Origin: Heptranchias perlo
Taxonomy: Eukaryota
Direction: 5' to 3'
DNA: 64,000 bases
Assembly (NCBI RefSeq): GCF_035084215.1
Contig: NC_090345.1
Location: 41,850,001 to 41,914,000 of the forward strand
This document shows, one piece after another, positions 1-12,499 of the stretch (positions are counted from its first letter, which is position 1; every line of letters begins with the position of its first letter). The notes beneath the pieces were generated by a model. That model worked only from the letters and a program-made list of their open reading frames with translations. It was not told where the DNA came from and did no database searches. Position numbers and translations under genes: made by a program.

Positions 1-113
1 TCTCATTATATGGCTCAGTGTCAAATTCTGTTTGATAATGCTTCTGCGAAGCACCTTGAGTTGTTTTACTATGTTAAAGATGCAATATAAATGCAAGTTG
101 TAGTTGTTGTTGA
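1..113 (+). mobile_element. L2-type LINE 3' tail fragment
   Basis: tatggctcagtgtcaaattctgtttgataa...ttttactatgttaaag...atataaatgcaagttgtagttgttgtt matches the tails that follow L2 ORF2 remnants at about 1200-1530, 7545-7630 and 34360-34460. Confidence 0.7.
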
Positions 114-224
114 TGTTGTTATAACTTCTGACTTCTTGATGATATATGTTCCAAAAAAGATTTTATTAACAATGTCATTGCTTGCAGTCTCAGAATGACT
201 GCTGCTATATACAAGGTCACATGA

Positions 225-877
225 TAGTTATAAATGAGGAAGACCATTCAGCCCATCTAAATTCATCCATCTAGCCAGTACCTCATTGTAGCACCCAGTT
301 GTTTCTTAAATGCTTCCAAGGTTTTTGCCTCTACTATTCTATCTGGAAATCTCTTCCATATGTTAATCAATCTCTCTGTAAAGAAAAATTTCCCAATATC
401 TTTCCTAATTTTGCCTTTTACTAGCTTGATCCTGTGTCCACATGCCCTACTCACGCCATTTAATTTAGAAATAGTATTCCAGATATACCATTTCTATTCC
501 CATTACTATCTTATATTGCTCTGTATGATCATCTCTCAGGTAACTCTTTTCCAGTCTGAAAAGTCCAAGTTTCTTCATTCTTTCCTCACAACTCAGACAT
601 TAGGGATCAGTGTCATGGCACTTCCATCCATTGCCTCCAGCACTTGAATAGCTCCCTTGTGTCTCAGTGATCAGAACTGGATGCATATTCAAGGTGCAGT
701 CTGACTCAGGCACAATAGTTTGATCACAACTTCCTTTGACTTGTTTTGACTATGTAATTCAACATTCTCATTGTTAATTGCAGCTTTGTACTGGTCTGAT
801 ATGTTTAGTGAAGAGACTACAAAGCCTCCTAGGTTTCTTTCAGCGTCATCCTTCGCTATTTCAACACCGTTCATAAA
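225..877 (-). mobile_element. Old CR1 LINE 3' fragment (ORF2 C-terminus and 3' UTR)
   Basis: ORF 263..454(-) GHRIKLVKGKIRKDIGKFFFTERLINIWKRFPDRIVEAKTLEAFKKQL is a CR1 ORF2 C-terminus; FMNGVEIAKDDAERNLG lies upstream. Confidence 0.8.
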
Positions 878-1530
878 GTTCATCACCCCTGTGCTCGCTG
901 ACCTACATTGGCTCCCAGTCCGGCAATGCCTCGATTTTAAAATTCTCATCCTCGTGTTCAAATCCCTTCATGACCTCGCCCCTCCCTATCTACGTAACCT
1001 CCTCCAGCGCTAAAACCCTCCGAGATCTCTGTGCTCCTCCAATTCTGGCCTCTGCCGCATCCTCGATTTCCTTTGCTCCAACATTGGCGGCCGTGCCTTC
1101 AGCCATCTAGGCCCCAAGCTCTGGAATTCCCTCCCTAAACCTCTCTTCCTCTCTCCTCCTTTAAGACGATCCTTAAAACCTACCTCTTTGACCAGTCCTA
1201 ATATCTCTTTATGTAGCTCAGTGCCAAATTTCTGTCTGATAACCCTTCTGTGAAGCACCTTGGGACATTGTACTACGTTCCCCTCCAAGTCACACACCAT
1301 CCCGACTTAGAAATATATCGCCGTTCCTTCATCGTCGATGGGTCAAAATCCTGGAACTCCCTTCCTAACAGCACTGTGGGAGAACCTTCACCACACGGAC
1401 TGCAGCGGTTCAAGAAGGCGGCTCACCACCACCTTCTCAAGGGCAATTAGGGATGAGCAATAAATGCTGGCCTCGTCAGCGACGCCCACATCCCATGAAC
1501 GAATAAAAAAGGAGCTATATAAATACAACT
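878..1530 (+). mobile_element. L2 LINE 3' fragment, interrupted by LINE-X at 1280-1510
   Basis: ITPVLADLHWLPVRQCLDFKILILVFKSLHDLAPPYL (L2 ORF2 C-terminus); the tail tactacgtt|aaaggagctatataaatacaacttgttgtt is split by the insertion. Confidence 0.85.
1275..1510 (+). mobile_element. LINE-X (CR1-group, poly(A)-tailed) short 3' fragment
   Basis: VPLQVTHHPDLEIYRRSFIVDGSKSWNSLPNSTVGEPSPHGLQRFKKAAHHHLLKGN* followed by a 3' UTR ending gaacgaataaaaaa; near-identical to the longer copies at 24858, 30214, 35346, 53071 and 56958. Confidence 0.9.
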
Positions 1531-1794
1531 TGTTGTTGCTGTATATGTGCTGCCTATTTTTCTTCCTACGTGCAATACTTTACTGCATTAAAGGTCATCT
1601 GCCATTGTTCTTACCACATACTTATTTTATCCAGCTCATTTGTAATTCCGGAGCCACTTCCTCCAATTCCACTGCACCACCCAGTCATCCAGTTTGGTGT
1701 CATCAACAAACTTGACCGATTTACATTCAGCTTCTGAATCCAGGCCATTTATGTAAATTAGAAACTGCCATGGACCTAATACCAAGCCTGGGAA

Positions 1795-2937
1795 ATCATA
1801 GAATCATAGAAATTTACAGCACAGAAGGAGGCTATTCAGCCCATCGTGTCTGTGCCGGCCGAAAAAGTGCTATCCAGCCTAATCCCACTTTCCAGCTCTT
1901 GGTTCGTAGCCTTGTAGGTTGCTGCACTTCAAGTGCATATTCAAGTACTTTTTAAAATGTGATGAGGATTTCTGCCTTTCAGACAGTGAGTTCCAGACCC
2001 CCCCCACCATTTCTCCTTAACTCCCCTCTAATCCTTCTACCAATTACTTTAAATCTATGCCCCCTTGTTTTTGACCTCTCTGCTATCCACTCTATCTAGG
2101 CCCCTCATAATTTTGTACACCTCAATTAAATCTCCCCTCAGCCTCTTCTGTTCCAAAGAAAACAACCCCAGCCAATCCAATCTTTCCTCAGAGTTAAAAT
2201 TCTCCAGTCCTGGCAACATCCTCGTAAATCTCCTCTGCACCCTCTCTAATGCAATGACATCTTTCCTGTAATATAGTGACCAGAACTGTATGCAGTTCTC
2301 TAGCTGTGGCCTAACTAGTGTTTTATACAGTTGTAGCATAGCCTCCCTGCTTTTATATTCTATGCCTCAGCTAATAAAAGAAAGTATCCTGTATGCTTTC
2401 TTAACCACCTTATCTACTTGTCCCGCTACCTTCAGGGATCTGTGGACGTGCAGTCCAAGGCCCCTCTGTTCCTCTACACTTCTCAGTATCCTACCATTTA
2501 TTGTGTACTCCCTTGCCTTGTTTGCCCTCCCCAAATGCATTACCTCACACTTCTCCAGATTGAATTCCATTTGCCATTTTTCTGCCCACCTGACCAGTCA
2601 ATTGATAGCTTCTTGCAGTCTACAGCTTTCCTCCACACTATCAACCACACGGCCAACTTTTGTATCACCTGCAAACTTCTTAACCATGCCCCCTACATTT
2701 AAGTCTAAATCATCGATATACACCACAAAAAGCAATGGACCTAGTACTGAGCCCTGCGGAACCCCATTGGAAACATCCTTCCAGTCACAAAAACACCTAT
2801 CGACGATTACCCTATGCTTCCTGCCACTGAGTCAATTTTAGATCCAACTTGACACTTTCCCTTGGATCCCATGGACTTGTACATTTTTGACCAGTCTGCC
2901 ATGTGGGACCTTGTTAAAAGCCTTGCTAAAATCCATA
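1795..2937 (-). mobile_element. CR1 LINE 3' fragment
   Basis: atcatagaatcataga tail microsatellite; ORFs [21 protein letters not shown]...[12 protein letters not shown] and MEFNLEKCEVMHLGR. Confidence 0.9.
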
Positions 2938-3374
2938 TGTAATTAAACTATGAGAAATGGTTAAAAAATGTTAAAGTATGAGTACTTCACAGAGCCTAAG
3001 TAGCACCCAACTCTGATGAGATGGTGATGATGCTGAAGTGCGATGTTTGTATCTGTCTTGCTCTGTGGGACCATGTACCTCACTCATGTTATCAGACCTG
3101 TCACAAGGACACTTTTGTTTTCTATGTAATCTTGCATGTTGAGGCTTCGCATTTAATTTAAACATGCCACTGTTCCCTTTATAGAATAATGGAAAAATGG
3201 TCCGAGAAGGGCTATTAGATATTTCATGGGGTATACATCAACCAATAAGATTACAGATTAATGATGAGAAATCTACACCAAGAGCCATCCAATCTCCTGA
3301 CCCTGTGACGAACAAAAGTTAGGCATCACACCATGAAACTGTACATAAGTGTACGTGTAAATGTAAATCCCACT

Positions 3375-3700
3375 CAGTACTTCTCCCCACCACCACATAT
3401 CGAGTATTCATTGTTTTCTATCCTTCATCCAGTTTCTACATCCATTCCCATTGTTTAACCCAAATCTCACAGATCTGAGCATGACTAATTTGTGTGGAAC
3501 TTTGGCAAATGCCTTTTGGAAATCTACGTACGCCTTATTGCATGATTTTCCATAGTCTGCTTGAGATGTCACTTCCTCAAAGAAATTAAGGAGTTTAATC
3601 AGACAGCATCTTTCCCTTCTGAATGCATGTTGGCTACTTTTTACTAGATTATTGTACAGGTAATCCTCAAATTTACCCGTTAATGGATTCCACTGTTTCA
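3375..3700 (-). mobile_element. Old CR1 RT fragment
   Basis: ORF 3408..3701(-) SQHAFRRERCCLIKLLNFFEEVT...YVDFQKAFAKVPH. Confidence 0.7.
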
Positions 3701-5047
3701 CACAGAGTGGAAGTGAGACAAATGTATTGTGTCTGTTCTGTTTCCTTTTTTGAAATGGCTATCACATTGATCTGTACATAAAGGTACAGGTAACTGCTCA
3801 GCCTGCATAACAGACAGTGCAGTTCTAGGAATCTATATCCAAGATTCCTGTTACCTTCTTACATAAAAATTTTAGCCTCCACCATACTATAGAACCACTT
3901 TATTCTCACAATAATGAATGGGTAGGAGAATGGATTATGCACTAAGGGAACCTGGGAACAATATACACCACAGAGAACAGTGTACACTACAAAGAGATAA
4001 TTGGCATCTTTTTCAAAATGTAAGTATGTTATAACCTCATGCCTCCAGAAGGTACTTAATCATTTTGGAGTCATTCCAGTAGCCACTCTAATTTAGCTGG
4101 CCCTGTCTCCTTCTAGATGAATGAACTTAATACATCTGTTCCATGAACAACATATGACACATGAATGGGAAAATATAACTGCAGCTCAGACCATTCACAA
4201 TGGAAATGGTTGTGTCTCTCTCTCTCTTTGTTTCTTGTCTTTCCATCCCTCCTCTGTGCTCAATCAAGTACCTATAATATTGGGGAAAATATAAGAGGGA
4301 AAAGTGCATTGAAAAAACTTGAAGACAAGACCATAAGAATGGAGAAAATACTACAAAGAGCACACACTGTCTTGTAATGCTTTCAAATGGAAGATCTTCA
4401 GTTTAAGTTGTTCTGTCACTGGTGGAGGTCAGAAATACTGTGAACAGAGGATCAATGATAAAGAACTTCTGAGATTTCTCCAAATTAGTATTTCTGGGAG
4501 GAAGACTTTCACATGGTGTATCATATAATGGGTATTCAGACTCTAGACTGCAATGCCTCCCCTCACTGTAATATGAATTCCTTCCTCCTAAAAACTGTCT
4601 CAATTTTTGCTTCTTATAGCTCACAGGAACAAGGACTTGCTCAACATTCACATCTGGTTCTGCCCACTTCTCATATATACAGATCCACTTCATAGAGCTC
4701 AGTTAAAATGATCATGGTAATTCCCTTGCCAGTCCCGGCAAAAGAATGAATCCTGTGTCTGACATTTGTTGGGGGATTCCAAGTAAAGGTATGTTACCAA
4801 TGTTAAATCCCGATGGTCACATTGTACAATTTTGTGCCTTTTTTCCCCCAGAATGACAAAATGTAATCAATGCGAATTTTTTTTTTAAATACACAAGAGG
4901 AAAAGTAAACAAAAATGGGAAACTAAGAGCGTTATATGACAAGTTAAAGGAAGTATGTCCTACCGAGTGCCAAATCTCCACCCAAATCCAGATCAAAGTG
5001 AAGTTGTTAGCTGAAAAGTTAAACCAATGCTGCAACCCAAAAGCTAT

Positions 5048-5185
5048 GTGCCCGGAATTTCCTCGGAGCCACTCCTGCTCCTGTAACTTCACCAGAAGTG
5101 CGCTGGAAACCTTGTTTTTGCACATAAACAGGGTTTCTGGTGAAGTTGGCGAAGAGTGAGGGCAGCTCCGAGGAAATTCCTGGCC
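5048..5185. mobile_element. Short MITE (non-autonomous DNA transposon, Harbinger-like)
   Basis: Perfect 16-bp inverted repeat ggaatttcctcggagc (5054-5069) / gctccgaggaaattcc (5165-5180), plus an inner IR aacttcaccagaa / ttctggtgaagtt. Confidence 0.65.
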
Positions 5186-6419
5186 ATAAAAACAAATTTA
5201 AAGGTGGTATGTGGAACAAAAATTAAAATGTGCAACTAATAAAAGGCATTCAGCCTATCAATCCCACTCCTCCCACAGACCATACCATCCATCCTATCAT
5301 GGTCTCTAACCCACGCATTTAATCTCCCAAAGGAAAGTTCTGCAGAATTACCCATTGATCAACTGATAGGGTAGGTTTTCATCTTCACCTCCTGGGTATT
5401 AAGCATCATTTGAGTGGAGTGCAGAGAGTAATGGAACCTATCCAATTCTCTTCCCTTCGCCCTATCAAGGTGATGCTTTACCATGAGGTAAAGACAAAAC
5501 CCTACCCCATGCTCTGCACCTTTTTAATCCCTAATAGAGGAAAAAAAGGAACATCCAGTTTCTCAATGATTTTAAACTTGAACATGCAAATATTCATTCA
5601 TAATACACAGGAAAATCTGGCATTACTCCATTAGTCTTGTAATGTACACTTCATATCCAAATTCATTCTAGTCTGTGTTACATCTCATCCGTGACTTCAT
5701 GCTGAACAAGCAGTGGCCTTGGAGTTCATGTTGGTTGATGGCGGAGAGTTATCTCTCCAACAGTTGGATAACTGCTGCCAAAAAAATGGTAACTGGTATC
5801 AGTCTGCAACCGAAACCAGATTTAGTATAAAAAATACAATATGTGAAAGTAGAATGCCAAACTTGAGGAATAAAGGAAAGGGGACATGATAATTGCACTA
5901 AACAGTAGTAATGAATATGAAGATGAAAGAAATTGTTAAATAGTTTGCAGAGCAAAAATAGGAAAATTGCTGGAAGAGAAGAGGAACAGGAGGAAAAAAA
6001 AAGTGGTACAAAGTTTTATAGGGTACTGTACGATCACTGAAATAATAGGTCATTAAGCAAAAGAGGACTATTGTCTGTTTCTTTTGAAGGTAAAGGTTGT
6101 GATAAATTTCCAAATGATGTCAAAATAGCCTGAGAGGGCATTATGTTACTCATGAACGCCTATTAACTGGCAGATAGATTCATGGAAATTGAAGTAGAGT
6201 TCTGCTGGAATGCTTGGAAATGTTAGCCCCACAGCCCTGAGATAGGGCCTGTGAACTTGCCTCTGAAAACATCCAAGACATTCTCCAATATTGGTGGCTG
6301 GCCATTTTGTTTTGCGATGTAGTGTGAATGACATGTTGAGATTGCATGAAAATTTCTGAGTGATACTTTAGAGTCAGAAGTGTAGCATCTGTTGGTGCTG
6401 TGAAACACCATACTTTGTT

Positions 6420-7630
6420 AAGTGGCAGGCAATCCCTTTTCATCCTTCTCGATCTGTCTTCAGTCTTTGACCACACTATCCTCCTCCAATGCCTCTCCTC
6501 CATTGTCCATTGGGACTATCCTCGCCTGATTCCACTCCGATCTATCCAGTCATAGCCAGAGAATCACCTGCAATGTCTTCTCTTCCCACTCCCACGCCAT
6601 TACCTTTGGAGTCCCCCGAGGATCTATCCTTGGCCCCCTCCTATTTCTCATCTATATGCTGCCTCTCGGCGACATCATCCGAAAACACAACGTCAGGTTC
6701 CACATGTACACTGACAACACCCAGCTCTACCTCACCATCACCTCTCTCGACCCCTTCACTGCCTCTGATTTGTCATGCTGTTTAGCCAACATCAAGTACT
6801 GGATAAGCAAAAATTTCCTCCATCTAAATATTGGGAAGGCTGAAGCCATTGTCTTTGGTCCCCGTCACAAACTCCGTTGCGTAGCCACTGACTCCATCCT
6901 TCTCCGTGGCCACTGTTTGAGGCTGAACCAGACCGTCTATACTCTTGTTGTCCTATTTGACCCTGAGATGAGCTTCCAACCGCATATCTCCGCAGCACCA
7001 AGACCACCTACTTTCACCTCCGTAACATCGTCCCTCTCTGGATAAGCAAAAATTTCCTCCGACTAAATATTGGGATGTTGGCTAAGCAGCATGACACAGC
7101 TCATCTGCTGCTGAAACTCTCATCCATGCATTTCTTACCTCTAGACTTGACTGTACCAATGCTCTCCTGACTGGTTTACGTGCACTCTCCGTAAACTTGA
7201 ACTCATCCAAAACTCTACTGTCCATATCCTAATTCGCACCAAGTCCAGTTCACCTATCATCTCTGTGCTCGCTAACCTACATTGGCTCCCGGTCTGGCAA
7301 TGCCTTGATTTTAAAATCTCATCCTCGTTTTCAAATCCCTCCATGGCTTCGCCCTATCCTATCTCTGTAATCTCCTCTAGCCCTACAACCCTCCTAGATC
7401 TCTGCACTCCTCCAATTCTGACCTCTTGCACATCCTCAATTTTAATCGCTCCATCATTGGAGGCCGTGCCTTCAGCTGCCATGGCCTTAAGCTCTGGAAT
7501 TCCCTCCCTAAACCTCTCTGCCTCTCTATCCTCCTTTAATCTCTTCAAATTTTGTTTGATAATGCTCCTATTGAGCCCCTTGGGGTGTTTTACCACGTTA
7601 AAGGCGCTATATAAATGCAAGTTGTTGTGG
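6420..7630 (+). mobile_element. L2 LINE RT-to-3'-end fragment
   Basis: LLDLSSVFDH-like start, GVPRGSILGPLLFLIYMLPLGDIIRKHNVRFHMYTDNTQLY, LANLHWLPV, tail aaggcgctatataaatgcaagttgttg. Confidence 0.88.
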
Positions 7631-7713
7631 TGTAGATGTTCAAAGGTGTAAATTTGTGTGGTTTGACCACAGTTGCATCAAAAATTGGTAAGAGACCTGT
7701 GGTAGATGACAAT

Positions 7714-8287
7714 GGCCCAGATTTTCCTGCAGACATGCATCGTTGGGGACTCTTGAATGGCGCAAAAGAGAAAATTACAAAGTGACTTATCACAACACTT
7801 ACGGCACTCCATATGTTCCTGGGACTTCTGCGCCAATCTGTAGTTATCCCCCCACCCAAAACAAGTGGAAGGTCATTTTCATGGCTCTACCCCCCATTAA
7901 GAACGATGGCGGTTGCGATTATTGCCACTTTTCAGCAAACCTGTGGTATCGCCGTACACAAATTCATAACACTTTAACAACCTGGTCAGAACAGAAGCAG
8001 GCCGACCGATTCCACCGAGAAGAAGTCAGCCCGGTGGGAGGAGCGCTCTGGATGATTGCCATGCTTTGGCTTCGTATAAAGGCTGGCTTTAAATCTTTAC
8101 ATTGCCATCCTGTTGCATGAAAAATAGGGACGCGCCCCTTCCAATTCGCCGCCATGCTCGCCGTGGTATATTTTAATTAGAAATGCATCAAAATATGGAG
8201 GAAGTTATCAACAGCGAGATTTGGGCGCTACACAGCTAAATTTATGGTGTACGTTGCTGATTTCACCAGTGCAGGAATATCTGGGCC
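7714..8287. mobile_element. Non-autonomous DNA transposon / MITE (Harbinger-like TIRs)
   Basis: TIRs ggcccagattttcctgca (7714-7731) and tgcaggaatatctgggcc (8270-8287) match at 17/18; no coding capacity. Confidence 0.75.
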
Positions 8288-8504
8288 ATTAAGTGGTTCT
8301 TCAAAGCAATCTGATAAGGGCACTTCCATTTGATAATTCTATATAATGAAGAGTATTAAGGTACAAGAGGAAGGTGCTTGTTAGTGCAAGACTTCTGCTG
8401 TGGAGAGGTGTGGTTGCATGGGATGCTAATATTATGGAGAAAAGACTGACCCACATTCTCAAGTGAATAATGTCTGTTGAAAGGAACAAATGTACCAATT
8501 GTGT

Positions 8505-8710
8505 AAAAAAACAAAAAACACTGGGGACCCTTAGCAGGTCAGGCAGCTGTCAAGAGAACACAAGTGAGTTGGCGTTTTGGCGTTGAATCCTTCAGAAAGG
8601 AAGGGTTTAACCCCCGAAACACTGGTTGTGTGTTCTCGACAGATGCTGCCTGACCTGCTGAGCGTTTTCTGTTGTTGTTTCAGATTTCCAGCACTTGCAG
8701 TATTTTTCTC
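8505..8710. mobile_element. Degraded palindromic Penelope-like terminus (inverted pLTR pair)
   Basis: IR arms ttagcaggtcaggcagc (8531-8547) / gctgcctgacctgctga (8645-8661) and tgtcaagagaacaca / tgtgttctcgaca; centre has a decayed ggaagggttt...cccgaaac resembling a hammerhead core; family assignment is from recall. Confidence 0.5.
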
Positions 8711-9177
8711 AGTGTTGTAATTGTACTTGGATTGTGAAGTTAGTTTCCTCATTACAGAACCTGTAGAATTGGGGAAAATGGAAGTAAGGCAGAGAATTCT
8801 TGGTGTTTCATGGGGTCAAGAAAAAAGCTGTGAAAATCAATGCATATTCACAGAGAAGAATGAAAGTTGGAATCACACTGACATCCAGAAGAAGAAATAA
8901 GGTGAAGCATACCAACATGCTGCACTGGAAAGCAGGATAGAAGTGATGCTTTTATTCTAGATTTGCTTAAGTGTCTTTCTACAAAGTGTCATATACAGTT
9001 ATTCAACGGTCGGGTGAGAAACAGTATTTTTTATATTTTTGCGATCTATTACAGAAAACTTTGACATGTTTGAAGAAGTACACAGGAGTACAGCTGGATT
9101 TCATTCATCTGACCCTTTCAGGGTTCCACTGGAAAACTAATATGTTAAAAATAGTTTGAGAAACTGGCTCATTTTAT

Positions 9178-9295
9178 TTTTTCCTACATTACAACAGTGA
9201 CTACACTTCAAAAAGTACTTAATTGGCTGTAAAGGGCTTTGGGACGTCCTGAGGTCGTGAAAGGCGCTATAGAAATACAAGTCTTTCTTCTTTTC
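9178..9295 (+). mobile_element. SINE 3' tail (DeuSINE/SacSINE1-like, L2-derived tail)
   Basis: cctacattacaacagtgactacacttcaaaaagtacttaattggctgtaaagggctttgggacgtcctgaggtcgtgaaaggcgctatagaaatacaagtctttc. Confidence 0.55.
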
Positions 9296-9614
9296 TTTAT
9301 TCTACTAGATGTGGGTCATGTCCACTGAAGTGCCACCAAAGTGTGACATTTTTATTGTCCACTTTACATGAGACATGGGTTTAAAATTCTGCTTAATTTA
9401 ACTTGAATGAATCATCATTTGCTTCATAGAAAAAGACAGAATAGTAAATTGGCTGAAGTAGCCTGCGGACTAAAACTGGTGCTTAATTGGAGGAGTCTTG
9501 CATATATATTATCGTTAGAAAATGGATTGGTTTTAAATTTGTCTCATAAATCACTGATGTCATAAATACTGTAACAACATTCCTTGCCATAAGTTTCCTT
9601 CCCCCTCATGGATC

Positions 9615-9900
9615 AGTGAGTTTATTCAGAAAGCAGCGAAGAGCTGAAAGCTTCCAGGTTCAATTGCCAGTCTATGCTGAGTTAGTCGATAACAGCTGGG
9701 GCGAAGGTAGGAGTGCTACCGTTTGCCTCAACACTCCTATGTTGGGAAGGGGAAAGTCCACAAGGATGCCCACACTCCATCGCTACTGGAAGTGCTTGTG
9801 TGTGGATGTTGAGTGAGGACATAATCAGGACACCCCCAAGGCTGAAAAGCTTATTGATGCCCATTGACAAGGCTCACACTTTAATAATGTTCACTTGAGG
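9615..9900 (+). mobile_element. Old tRNA-derived SINE-like repeat
   Basis: B-box-like ggttcaattgcc followed by tctatgctgagttag...; resembles an ancient vertebrate SINE body from recall, family not assigned. Confidence 0.35.
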
Positions 9901-10169
9901 AGGAAATATTGGCACTATTACAAGCTTAAAATTGGTTAAAATGCAGAAGAGACCAGGTTTTTAATGTTAAAATCTTCAGTATTGTTGAAGTGTCAGTAGG
10001 AGCTACGAGAAGCCAGCAGATTGAGAAGGCAGTTGAGTGAAGCGTTTGACCTGAACAGGAGTGAATGGGTGAGTACTTATTGATTAGTTAGTTGTTAAAG
10101 CACTGGCAATTGTTTGGCAAGTACTGACTGGGCAGGTCTAACTGACAAGCATAATTGCCGATCTCCAAT

Positions 10170-11020
10170 CCCACACGATCAAATCTTACTCAATAGCCTT
10201 CTATGAAGCACTTATCAAAGGCTATCTGGAAATCAAGATATACAACATTTGCCGGACTGCCATCACCCCCTATTCAGTCACTTCCTCAGAAAACTCAATC
10301 AGATTAGTAAGGGAGCAATGCCATTTCTTGGAGCCATTCTGAATCCCCAATATCTGCTGACCTCCTCAGGTGATTATAAATCACATCCCTTATAATGTCT
10401 TCGAGCATCATCCCTACAACAGGCATCAAACTAACTGGCCTTCAATTCCCAGAGTCTGATTTCTTCCCTTTCTTAAATATTAGGACCACATGAGCCTCCC
10501 TGCAGTCCACTGGAACTAATCCAGATTTCAAAGAGCTATTAAAATATATGATATAGTAGCTTGCATAATAATCTCTCATTTCCTTCAGCATTCTGGTGTA
10601 AATGGCATCAGGTTCAGCAACCTGATAAACCTTGAGTGCATTAATCCTAGCTGAGACCATTTCTGCATTTACTTCTATACAATCGATTTTATGAGCAGCC
10701 CTATCAGCACCACTGACATCTTAGAATCATCTTTACTCATGCAGAGTATCCAATTAGTACTTCACCCATATCTTGGTCCTCAAACCTAATCTGCCCTGTT
10801 AAATCTCTCAAAGGCCTTAAGTATTCCCTAGTCATTTTCTGACTTTTGACATAACTGAAAAAGTTTTATCATTGCTACTACTTCTATAGTGATCCTTTTT
10901 TCTTTTTGGCATTTCTAATAGTGGCTTTAATTATCCTCAACTGTATCTTCTACCTTTCCCTTCTTTTGACAGGTATTCACTTTGCACCTGGTAAATTTTT
11001 CTTTGTGAGGTTAGTTCCCA
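10170..11020 (-). mobile_element. Old CR1 RT fragment
   Basis: ORF 10442..10660(-) AEPDAIYTRMLKEM...FNSSLKSGLVPVDCREAHVVLIFKKGKKSDSGN; downstream YLDFQIAFDK-like segment. Confidence 0.7.
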
Positions 11021-11064
11021 TGAAGATCTCCGTTAAGGCACTTGGCCTTTTTATCCGAAGGAAG

Positions 11065-11215
11065 AGTTTCAGATTTTTAAAGCACTTGAATGAGTTCTGA
11101 GGTACGGGGAAACTCTTGCAGTTGGGATTGGCATCACCTAACTCAAACCAATAACCTTGCAGAGAGTAAATAGAGTCGTTGGGGAGGATTCAATTTAGTA
11201 AAGCAGGGGAAAGGG
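11065..11215 (+). mobile_element. CR1 ORF1 (esterase C-terminal) remnant
   Basis: RRKSFRFLKH..EF*G..KL...DWHHL-like; resembles CRREGFRFLGHWDRFWGRWDLYKRNGLH of the CR1 ORF1 at 19350-19430. Confidence 0.45.
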
Positions 11216-12499
11216 GCAAATCTTAGAGTACATGGAAGAGGGGTTAAGAATATGTATGGTGACTGAGCCGTTCAAAATAGTAAGCTCAAGGAGATATGCC
11301 AAGACGAATGAGGCAGGGAAGAGAAGCGAAGAAGAAAGCAATAAAGGAAAGAATAAAATAAAATAGAATGGAGAAGGGCACTGAGGAGCCTGGATGTGCC
11401 AGTGTTGTGCACCATTTTGAGTGATTTATTTGGCTGAGTTTCAGTTTGGAACATTTTCACAAGTCTGCATAGTTATAGTTAAGATTGTGATTTTTTAGCT
11501 GATCAAAAAATGTGACGTAGAAAGTGTGACATAACAGACAAGAAACATTGTTCACGTTTGATGATGTTAACTTCAAAGATAATTTTGATGCAAATTTTCC
11601 ACCTCATATAGCACCTGCTACTTTACAGAAAAAACTATTTATTCATAGCATTACACTAAACTGAGAAAGTCGAGATGAACGTCCTTCCTGTGCATGTGGA
11701 GAAAATCAAAGGTAAGCAAATCACTTTGTCAGTTTAGAATTCCCAAGCAGTCACAATGTACTCCAGTTTCAAAGGAATTAAAACCCACCATCCATCTTGC
11801 AAAATCACTGCTTTGTGTATGTAGAGATAAATATTCACACTTGAAATCCATTGCCTAATGAATGTAATATTGTTAAAATAGCTGACATTTTCATCAGGCA
11901 CAGCTGTGCTATAGTTAAAATTCAGAATTAGTATGACATTTTCTGTAAGACTAAATATAAACAGTAAGTATATAAAATGGTATTGCACTATGCTGTGAAA
12001 GATGATCGGCAAAAAAAAATCATCCACGCGTATTAAAAAAGGCAGTGCCACTGAAATGTATTTTATACATAGAGATGATACACTGAATGCACTACCACAA
12101 TAAATCTAAATTTATAAAATATATGTATTTATCTATCAGTCACAAAATATCACAATGAAGCAGCTACAAAACTGAGTTTTTACTGTAGGCTTATCATGGA
12201 ATGGAGCCTACCAAAATCTTCTGAAAAGAGTGACAGTGCCTGTTAAATATTTAAAAGGTCTAATTGTTGCTTGTGTTCCTGATCAGCAGTCTGTCAAAAA
12301 TTCAGTAGCCAGTAGTAAAAGTATGCTCTTGGCATCATTTCCTCCAGAGTTAAATTGGGCAGCCATTCCCAAAGTTTTACTTCACTAAATACTTGCAGTT
12401 CCTGGATCCTCATTGACATAATTTTGAAAAAAATTCCACAACTTCAAGTCTTCTTAGCCAAAGCGGTCACAGTGCATGCATCATTTAACAACTCCCAAT

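Noticed and set aside
2290-2841. 183-aa plus-strand ORF and similar ORFs (25644-26198, 35792-36208, 56946-57506)
   Set aside because: Antisense shadows of LINE ORF2
5672-5788. Plus-strand AG...GT open segment (SVLHLIRDFMLNKQWPW...)
   Set aside because: Weak acceptor, no recognisable homology; expected by chance
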